Positions 26,326-32,525 of a stretch of 32,525 nucleotides of DNA are shown in pieces (positions within the stretch are counted from its first letter, which is position 1; each line of letters begins with the position of its first letter). Under the pieces are notes generated by a model, which was not told the origin of the DNA, did no database searches, and worked only from the letters and a program-made list of their open reading frames with translations. Source of the DNA: a virus; IMG/VR virus record IMGVR_UViG_3300007516_000010, positions 64,417-96,941 of that record; one strand, written 5' to 3'. The position numbers and the translations under genes are program-made.

Positions 26326-26351
26326 CGGCGACAAAATCGATTTTGTCGCCG
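26326..26351. repeat. dispersed palindrome copy 6
   Basis: Perfect 26-bp CGGCGACAAAATCGATTTTGTCGCCG, 5 nt after stop 26320. Confidence 0.95.
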
Positions 26352-26451
26352 CACCTTCCGCAAGGATGGCAATGAACAAGTACGTACGCAGTATTTATGG
26401 CGGGACAATTGCGGCGGTGGTTGAAGACCCGCCAACTGAAACGGAGCAACC

Positions 26452-27309
26452 ATGAGCAATATTCACATCGGTACCCCTGGACGAACTTACTACGCCAAAG
26501 AAACCGGCAGTAGCGTTTCGCCGTGGTCGACCGGCGTGGTGCCTTACACCGAGTTGCCGCTAGCCGGTGTATTTGCTGCGGCTACGGATAATGGCGAAAC
26601 GTACGTGATTTACGACCAGCTCACCGGCAGCCCGCTGGCAACGGACAGCATTGACGGGACTGTCGGCGTGGTAAGCCCGACGGCCGCGGAGATACAGGCG
26701 ATCGTGGAAGGCGTTATCGGCAACAGCGGCGTCGGCGAATTCTTCTTAACAGTTCAGGTCAACAGTTCCGTTGCCGGGAACCCAGGGCTGCATAACGTGC
26801 GAGTGGCTATTCTCGGTTCTTCCACCCGCCAGTTCACCGACGTCATGGGCAACGTTGTTTTTCGCGTTGAAGCGGGTGACTACACACTCAGCTTTGTTGC
26901 TCCCCCACAGTACGCAGCCGTCGCTGACTTGCCCGTGACCAGCGTCACCGCGGACCGTGAGGTCGTCGTCATACTGACGCCTTCGTTCATTCCGTTACCG
27001 GATGACCCGCTGCTGTGCAATTGTCTGCTCATCGTGCTGGATCAGCTGGGTTCACCGATCGCTGGTGCGACGATATCGCCGGTGATGGTTGGGCAAGGAA
27101 CCGCGGACGGCGGTGCGTTTGTGTTCAACGAGCCCGTCACGTTTACTACCGACGTAGATGGACGTGTGTTCATGCAGCTGCACCGCAAGCGTACCTACGA
27201 CTTCTTCGTCAGCGTTACGGACCTCGGAAGTTTACAGGTGGTAAAACGAATCCCGGATTTGCCGACGCATTTAATCACTATTGGCGGACAAGTCGCCGGA
27301 GCCTGCTAG
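26452..27309 (+). CDS. putative virion protein with carboxypeptidase-regulatory-like/Ig-like beta-sandwich domains
   Basis: TDVMGNVVFRVEAGDYTL and PIAGATI...TTDVDGRV repeats. Confidence 0.7.
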   Translation: MSNIHIGTPGRTYYAKETGSSVSPWSTGVVPYTELPLAGVFAAATDNGETYVIYDQLTGSPLATDSIDGTVGVVSPTAAEIQAIVEGVIGNSGVGEFFLTVQVNSSVAGNPGLHNVRVAILGSSTRQFTDVMGNVVFRVEAGDYTLSFVAPPQYAAVADLPVTSVTADREVVVILTPSFIPLPDDPLLCNCLLIVLDQLGSPIAGATISPVMVGQGTADGGAFVFNEPVTFTTDVDGRVFMQLHRKRTYDFFVSVTDLGSLQVVKRIPDLPTHLITIGGQVAGAC

Positions 27310-27316
27310 GCATATC

Positions 27317-27350
27317 GTGTCGCCGACAAAATCGATTTTGTCGGCGACAC
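27317..27350. repeat. dispersed palindrome copy 7
   Basis: Perfect 34-bp GTGTCGCCGACAAAATCGATTTTGTCGGCGACAC, 7 nt after stop 27309. Confidence 0.95.
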
Positions 27351-27473
27351 CTCCCGCAAGCGTCGCAGATTAGTACCGCTTGATGGCTTCAGGTAGAGTT
27401 TGGACGTACGTCTTTCATTGGTCTGGACGTTTTTGGGTTTCGCAATGCAGTGGGCCGATCACGGGGTCAAACA

Positions 27474-27734
27474 ATGATGGCACTAAGTCCGGGTTATTTC
27501 GCCCGAATCAAAATCGTACTCTCTCAGCTGCTCAATGTAGTTTTCTGCAATGGCGATCCTGACGAGATGCTATCGGCCAGGGCGTATCGCATGCAGCACG
27601 TTAGTCGTCGCTGGATGGTTGCGAGGCAGGTCTTTGACAAGTTGTTCTTCTGGAACACGGAACACTGTTACGAGTCTTACCTATGGGAGAAAAGCCGCAA
27701 AGACATCCACAGCGATTACTATCCGCAGCTGTGA
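27474..27734 (+). CDS. phage hypothetical protein (GDPDE-x-LS family)
   Basis: LSQLLNV..GDPDEMLSARAYR...DKLFFW..EHC. Confidence 0.75.
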   Translation: MMALSPGYFARIKIVLSQLLNVVFCNGDPDEMLSARAYRMQHVSRRWMVARQVFDKLFFWNTEHCYESYLWEKSRKDIHSDYYPQL

Positions 27735-27861
27735 CGGCGGTCGATCCGGTTAACCAGACCGACGACGGCGAACAAGGATTTACCAAACCCGCTGGCCTCA
27801 CTTTTTGTAGTCACACATACCCCGATCACTTTCACCGCTTCATTCACGATAGGTCCAATTC

Positions 27862-28266
27862 ATGCCGTACTTCATTTCCGACGTCGTTAAAGACACCGCG
27901 TTAACGCACATCAAGACGAACGTAACCAGGTTGGTACTGACTGTGGGCGAGCCCACCACCTTTGCCAACGCCAACACCAACAATGGTACTGGCTCTGGCC
28001 AGAAATGCGCCGAGGTGACCTTAATTGCCGCCGACCTAACTCTGGGCGACGGACCGACCGATGGTCGCAAAGTTGAGTGCGCCGCTAAGAACGCTGTCCC
28101 GGTAATAGCCAACGGCACTGTCGATCACTGGGCTTGGCTTAACGTGAGCGGCAGTGCGATCATCGCTTACGGTCCTTTGAGCCCGAGCTTAGCTGTGACC
28201 ACGTCCGGTACCGTCAACATTCCCGTTCACTCGCACATTTACAGAGACGCAACGGCGATCTCTTAA
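27862..28266 (+). CDS. putative tail-associated structural protein
   Basis: Thr/Gly-rich; GTVDHWAW...IIAYGPL..SLAVTTSGTVNIP. Confidence 0.75.
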   Translation: MPYFISDVVKDTALTHIKTNVTRLVLTVGEPTTFANANTNNGTGSGQKCAEVTLIAADLTLGDGPTDGRKVECAAKNAVPVIANGTVDHWAWLNVSGSAIIAYGPLSPSLAVTTSGTVNIPVHSHIYRDATAIS

Positions 28267-28286
28267 ACCGATACTGAGTCGCCGGG

Positions 28287-28325
28287 CAGAAGCAAATTGC
28301 CGCATGACTTGCGGCGGAGTTATAT
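28287..28325 (+). repeat. 39-bp direct repeat copy 1 (partner 29675-29713)
   Basis: CAGAAGCAAATTGCCGCATGACTTGCGGCGGAGTTATAT; one mismatch to partner; GCCGCA/TGCGGC hairpin plus GGAG. Confidence 0.9.
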
Positions 28326-28331
28326 CGTGAA

Positions 28332-28616
28332 ATGACAATCTCATACGTCGCGAAAATCGAACCGATCACCGGCGTACTGAGAGTTTACGAATCGGACCAA
28401 GCAACCGACCAAGACGAATACCTTTTCGCGGCAACGGTGGTTTGGCTGAACGACAAGACGATTGAATTAAAGGGCGTGACAAGTGCCGGACTGCCATTGA
28501 TCGACGGCATTAAAGCACTAAGAGCCGAAGCCAGGAAACTAGGGATCGAAACAATATGTTGGGAACGTAGGCAGCCTGGAAAGCCGAGTAAGATGGTCTC
28601 GATTCGGGTGAAGTGA
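28332..28616 (+). CDS. hypothetical protein
   Basis: 94-aa ORF after GGAG in the repeat. Confidence 0.75.
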   Translation: MTISYVAKIEPITGVLRVYESDQATDQDEYLFAATVVWLNDKTIELKGVTSAGLPLIDGIKALRAEARKLGIETICWERRQPGKPSKMVSIRVK

Positions 28617-29146
28617 TGGAACCTACACTTGAAGAAAAGTTTGACATGGTGGAAGGGCTGATCATCAAATCGTCACGAATGGTCCGCACGAACACGATGG
28701 AAGCCGAAGACGTGGCACAACTGCTACGGATGAAACTAGTAAAAGCGGAACGTGCTTTTACGTGGCATGGTGAACCTCATGTCAAATGGCAATGGCTTAG
28801 TTTTGTTAAGTCGGTGATTCGTTTAGGACTGATGGAAATACGAGAAACAATTTATCGCACGGGACGCGGAAAGTTAGCAGAAGGGTTTCACCAAGAGCCT
28901 GAGCGAAACATGCTCGGTGAAACGCTGACAATTTACGACAACGAATACAAATCAATCGACTGGGAAGATTTGAAAGACAGAGCGAAAGACAATCCGGTAG
29001 CTTTGGCAAATCTGTTGTTTTTCGAAGGCAAGTCGTTTCAGGAAATCGCTGATATGTTCGGCAAGAAACCTAATACAATACGTCCCATGACGTGGGGCAA
29101 ATACAAGCGACAAGCAATCGCTGACATAGAGCGGTACATGAACTGA
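28613..29146 (+). CDS. ECF-type sigma-70-like factor
   Basis: Region 2-like EAEDVAQ...WLSFVKSVIR; region 4 HTH LLFFEGKSFQEIADMFGKKPNTIR; 177 aa. Confidence 0.72.
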   Translation: MMEPTLEEKFDMVEGLIIKSSRMVRTNTMEAEDVAQLLRMKLVKAERAFTWHGEPHVKWQWLSFVKSVIRLGLMEIRETIYRTGRGKLAEGFHQEPERNMLGETLTIYDNEYKSIDWEDLKDRAKDNPVALANLLFFEGKSFQEIADMFGKKPNTIRPMTWGKYKRQAIADIERYMN

Positions 29147-29183
29147 CGATCTCGTACTTAGATAACACACAAGGAAAATAGAT

Positions 29184-29441
29184 ATGCCCTGGACAATAGA
29201 TTTTAAGCAAGACACCGAGGCCAAAGGAATTGGCACAGCAACGGCAAACTATGTGGGTGCCGATGACGACTTAGGGATTTCATTTTCTATGTCAACACGA
29301 CTTAACACAAACGATGGAGCAAGTATTGATGCGTTTCTCGACGAAGCATTAGCAACGCTTGAGAAGCATCGATCAACCAGAGTCGAGAAGAATACAGTCA
29401 TCGACAAACTGACCTTAATCCTCAACGAGAAGACTAAATAA
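29184..29441 (+). CDS. hypothetical protein
   Basis: AAGGA RBS, 85 aa, TAATG coupling to next start. Confidence 0.75.
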   Translation: MPWTIDFKQDTEAKGIGTATANYVGADDDLGISFSMSTRLNTNDGASIDAFLDEALATLEKHRSTRVEKNTVIDKLTLILNEKTK

Positions 29442-29723
29442 TGGCTGATGTAAAAATTGCATACGGCACAGCGGTTGATGCAACCATCACGCTGGCATCG
29501 CTGGACACGCTTAGCATGCGGGCATGGCTACCGCGTGGCTGACTGGTGGATTGTGGACGAGACGTATCAACCAGCGGGCCGATTGATTGCACGATACGAA
29601 GCGGGGCGAGTGCAAGAGTTTACCTCGCAAACGATTGAAACGACTGAGACAAAAGTCGATCCCGAAATGACGGACAGAAGCAAATTGCCGCAGGACTTGC
29701 GGCGGAGTTATATGATCAAATGA
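29441..29723 (+). pseudogene. chimeric remnant: 5' fragment of a structural gene joined to the 3' part of another gene
   Basis: ATG 29441 gives MADVKIAYGTAVDATITLASLDT, stopping at 29542; a different frame carries YRVADWW...ETKVDPEMTDRSKLPQDLRRSYMIK without a good start. Confidence 0.55.
29675..29713 (+). repeat. 39-bp direct repeat copy 2
   Basis: CAGAAGCAAATTGCCGCAGGACTTGCGGCGGAGTTATAT. Confidence 0.9.
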
Positions 29724-30115
29724 ATCTGCAAACACTAAAGACCGAACTGACTACCGATCCGCTTGCACGCGGATACGCGGCAATGGGAGACCAGGAGGCC
29801 GCAGTCTCGCTAAACACAAATGATCGTGAGCCGGAGCGTGACGACATCACCGCTGGCGTGCTTATGTCGGCTTTGGTGCTTGCCGAATACAACGCACTGA
29901 CCGCCGTGGAACGCAGATACTTTGATCTGTTGGTTTCCGCTGGCTCCGTCACGCTTAATTCCACGGTGCGGCAACAGATTCGAGCACTGTTCCCGCAAGG
30001 GACTCAGACGAAGCAAAACCTAAACGGTGCTCTGAAACGAGTCGGCAGCCGTGCCGATGAGCTTGGCATTGGAAACGTAACCCCATCAGACATTGCGGAT
30101 GCAAAGCGATTATGA
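29720..30115 (+). CDS. hypothetical protein, paralog of next gene
   Basis: LKTELTTDPLARGY...SRADELGIGNVTPSDIADA. Confidence 0.8.
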   Translation: MNLQTLKTELTTDPLARGYAAMGDQEAAVSLNTNDREPERDDITAGVLMSALVLAEYNALTAVERRYFDLLVSAGSVTLNSTVRQQIRALFPQGTQTKQNLNGALKRVGSRADELGIGNVTPSDIADAKRL

Positions 30116-30528
30116 ACAACGCCGAACTACTAATCATCAAAGCGGAATTGACAAACGATCCGTTGACGCTTGGGCTGACAATTTTGTCAAGCGATGACGA
30201 AGCCAACGCAAATTTACTCAACGAGATTCGCGAAACGATCCAGGTGTTTCGTGCGTCAGTTTCCAGCAATAACTTTTCAATCCCCGTTGCCGAATGGTCC
30301 GCGTTGAATGCAGGGCAGCAATCGTGGCTCGACAACCAGCTGAACGATGGCAGCGTCAATCCCGCTGTTTTTGCACCTGAGTTTGAAGCCATGTTTGCGG
30401 AGAACACCGCAGCACGTGCATCGTTTGCAGCGGTAGCGAAAGAGCCTGCAAGTCGTGCAAGGCAATTGCTGGATCGATACGTAAACCTAACCCCTAGCGA
30501 TGTTGCGAATGCACGAAACGCGGTGTAA
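30112..30528 (+). CDS. hypothetical protein, paralog of previous gene
   Basis: IKAELTNDPLTLGL...SRARQLL..NLTPSDVANA. Confidence 0.8.
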   Translation: MNNAELLIIKAELTNDPLTLGLTILSSDDEANANLLNEIRETIQVFRASVSSNNFSIPVAEWSALNAGQQSWLDNQLNDGSVNPAVFAPEFEAMFAENTAARASFAAVAKEPASRARQLLDRYVNLTPSDVANARNAV

Positions 30529-30677
30529 TCGTGGATCGAAATGAAATGTTGCTTCAGGTAACGCTGGAGCTGATAAGAAAAAGCGGGGTCCGCGAATGGG
30601 ACTCTGAATTAGTGCGAATAGACCTTGGTCTAGCCGCCGTTGAAATTGTTGAAATTTTACTAGGTGAGTTTAACGCT

Positions 30678-31208
30678 ATGGCATTACCAGACACATTTAA
30701 GGTTTCGGCCGGAACCGCACTAACGATCAGAAACACGGGCGGCAGTGCGGCGTTATCGTTTGCCTCACTTGCCAACGGCAACGGCACTTCGGCAGGTGGA
30801 AGGCAATCCGCTACACTCGACCTTGGCGTATTGTGGGCACGGCTTTGGAGAATCAATACAGATTTTGAGCTGGCCGCAACACCCACGGCGGGAAACGCGA
30901 TCAATTTGCTTGCTTCGTATCATTCGGCAACAGGTGCGGGACAAGGCAACACGTCTGGAAGCGATGCAGCGTACACGGGCTACAGCAATAACATCGATGC
31001 AGCAACAAGGCAGCTTGAGCTTATTGGAGCACACAATTGTACGTCGCAAGCCACGGCAACGGTACAAAGAGCCTTTGCTGGTATTTTCATGCCGAAAGGG
31101 CGTTATATGAATGTTGTAGTTGACAACCGCAGCGGTGCAGCGTTCCACTCAACGGAAACCAATCAAGTCATCACGCTTACGCCGCTTGAAGAAACGGTAG
31201 AAGACTAA
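30678..31208 (+). CDS. putative tail-associated structural protein
   Basis: In-frame ATG 30678 after AGGTGAG; Ala/Thr/Gly-rich, ...VVVDNRSGAAF; frame is open from 30531. Confidence 0.75.
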   Translation: MALPDTFKVSAGTALTIRNTGGSAALSFASLANGNGTSAGGRQSATLDLGVLWARLWRINTDFELAATPTAGNAINLLASYHSATGAGQGNTSGSDAAYTGYSNNIDAATRQLELIGAHNCTSQATATVQRAFAGIFMPKGRYMNVVVDNRSGAAFHSTETNQVITLTPLEETVED

Positions 31209-32029
31209 TGCACATCCCTGGCACATACGCTAACGGATTCGCACCACGCGACGGGATGCCGATGTATTCCTGGGCATGGAATAATTGCGTAGCTGCATTT
31301 AATCCGGCACTAGGCCCGACTGGCATGACTATGCGAGACTGGAGTTTTTATAGAAATCATTGCCAGATCAACCCATCGCATTTTGAGGCTAATAGAGATT
31401 GGATTTTAGGGGAAGGTCAACACGCTTTTCGATCCACTGGTATAAATACGGGAATTAACTTTGGAAATGCCCCGCAGTACACGTTGACAAATCTTACAAT
31501 GGCTATTTGGATTAAGGCGCGAGAAACGCCTACTGATTTGGGTGCAATATTTTCAAAAGGATACCACGTGGGATCAGGCGTTCCTTATTTTCTTGACTTT
31601 CGTTCAGGTGTTATTGGAGGTGGACTCTATCGCCAATCGGGAAACGCGACTGAGGCGATATCAACGACCACATCGGTGTCAAGCATCATTGGAAAATGGG
31701 TCCATGTCGGTTTGACGATGAGCGATAAAGTTAGAATTTATCTAAACGGAAAAATGGAAAATGAAACTTCCAGAACATTAGTTGTCAACAACGCGATGAC
31801 ATTGCAGATTGGCGGCATTGATGGTTTAAGCCGTTTTTCTCCGATAGATTGGAAAGACGCAAGCCTCCATAATATAGCCATGCAGCCGAATCAAATGGCA
31901 ACCCTCGCACTTCGCCCTGGCATCGCATACGAACTGGCACCACGTCGCCGCAATTCAACACAAGCAGAAGCGGAATTCAAGGCATACTGGGCCGCAAGAC
32001 GTTCACAATTGATCGGTGGAGGATACTAG
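31208..32029 (+). CDS. LamG/concanavalin A-like jelly-roll domain protein (putative receptor binding)
   Basis: LTMAIWIK...IFSKG...GKWVHVGLT...RIYLNGK...LQIGG. Confidence 0.8.
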   Translation: MHIPGTYANGFAPRDGMPMYSWAWNNCVAAFNPALGPTGMTMRDWSFYRNHCQINPSHFEANRDWILGEGQHAFRSTGINTGINFGNAPQYTLTNLTMAIWIKARETPTDLGAIFSKGYHVGSGVPYFLDFRSGVIGGGLYRQSGNATEAISTTTSVSSIIGKWVHVGLTMSDKVRIYLNGKMENETSRTLVVNNAMTLQIGGIDGLSRFSPIDWKDASLHNIAMQPNQMATLALRPGIAYELAPRRRNSTQAEAEFKAYWAARRSQLIGGGY

Positions 32030-32030
32030 A

Positions 32031-32525
32031 TTGTCATACCCAAGAAACAACGCCACGCCTGAGCCAGTCGCAATCGGTGCGGTGATTCAAATATCAGACG
32101 GAGCGGTGCAAACCTCTGGCGTCACGGTGCGAATCAAGCCTATCGGTGTAGCCGAGGCTGATGGTGCAGGCACTACGGCATATAGCACGGATGGCATCGT
32201 TCTTTACACGCCTACGCAGGGCGAAACAAACTACACATCTTTTATCCTGATCGCAAAGAAATCAGCGTGCATCCCCGTTGCGATGACAGTGGTAACGTCG
32301 GCATCGGCAGTGCCAGGCGTCGCAACGCTTGCAGCAATAGTTCACACCGGGGCAACAATTCCAAACGCTCCGACTTCTGGCGATTTAACGACGACAATGA
32401 AAGCAAGCGTCAACGCCGAAGTATTAGACGTGCTCAACGTAGATACTTTTGCAGAGCTTGCAGCGGTGCCATCAGCGACAAGTTCGCTCAAAGATAAAAT
32501 CACTTGGTTGTTTATGTGGGCAAGG
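32031..32525 (+). CDS. putative structural protein, truncated by window end
   Basis: TTG 32031 after GGAGG; open to the end: MSYPRNNATPEPVAIGAVIQISDG...YTPTQGETN...VNAEVLDVLNVDTFAE. Confidence 0.75.
   Translation, partial: MSYPRNNATPEPVAIGAVIQISDGAVQTSGVTVRIKPIGVAEADGAGTTAYSTDGIVLYTPTQGETNYTSFILIAKKSACIPVAMTVVTSASAVPGVATLAAIVHTGATIPNAPTSGDLTTTMKASVNAEVLDVLNVDTFAELAAVPSATSSLKDKITWLFMWAR

Noticed and set aside
2433-27350. Palindromic repeats as a CRISPR array
   Set aside because: Copies are 1-7 kb apart with whole genes between them; there is no repeat-spacer periodicity and no cas gene.
27862-32525. Diversity-generating retroelement acting on the LamG or tail genes
   Set aside because: No reverse transcriptase and no TR/VR pair with adenine-specific mismatches were seen; the 39-bp repeat differs at a T/G position.

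Overview
The window looks like part of a large dsDNA tailed phage genome. Almost all genes are on the + strand, there are no host housekeeping operons, and the host may be Planctomycetota or a relative (inference only). The left part (1-19.7 kb) is a dense run of small accessory genes: calcineurin-like phosphoesterase, HExxH peptidase, HAD hydrolase, DUF3310, thyA, sulfotransferase, GT6, GNAT and a DUF4406-DUF6378 fusion. The middle (19.8-25 kb) holds putative head-associated proteins and a stand-alone C-terminal half of a bacterial-type RNA polymerase beta' subunit. The right part (25-32.5 kb) has a GT-like enzyme, structural/tail-associated genes, an ECF sigma-like gene and a LamG-like protein. 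Four non-coding signals stand out. (1) An array of four integron attC-like sites on the minus strand at 15.94-17.76 kb, with no integrase in the window; the intervening cassettes carry ORFs on both strands. (2) Seven intergenic copies of a palindrome with core CGACAAAATCG(A/T)TTTTGTCG, each shortly after a stop codon. (3) A tRNA-like cloverleaf with a 6-nt anticodon loop that contains the RBS and start codon of the next gene. (4) A hairpin-rich ~290-nt intergenic candidate ncRNA. All family calls are by eye from motifs; no searches were run.
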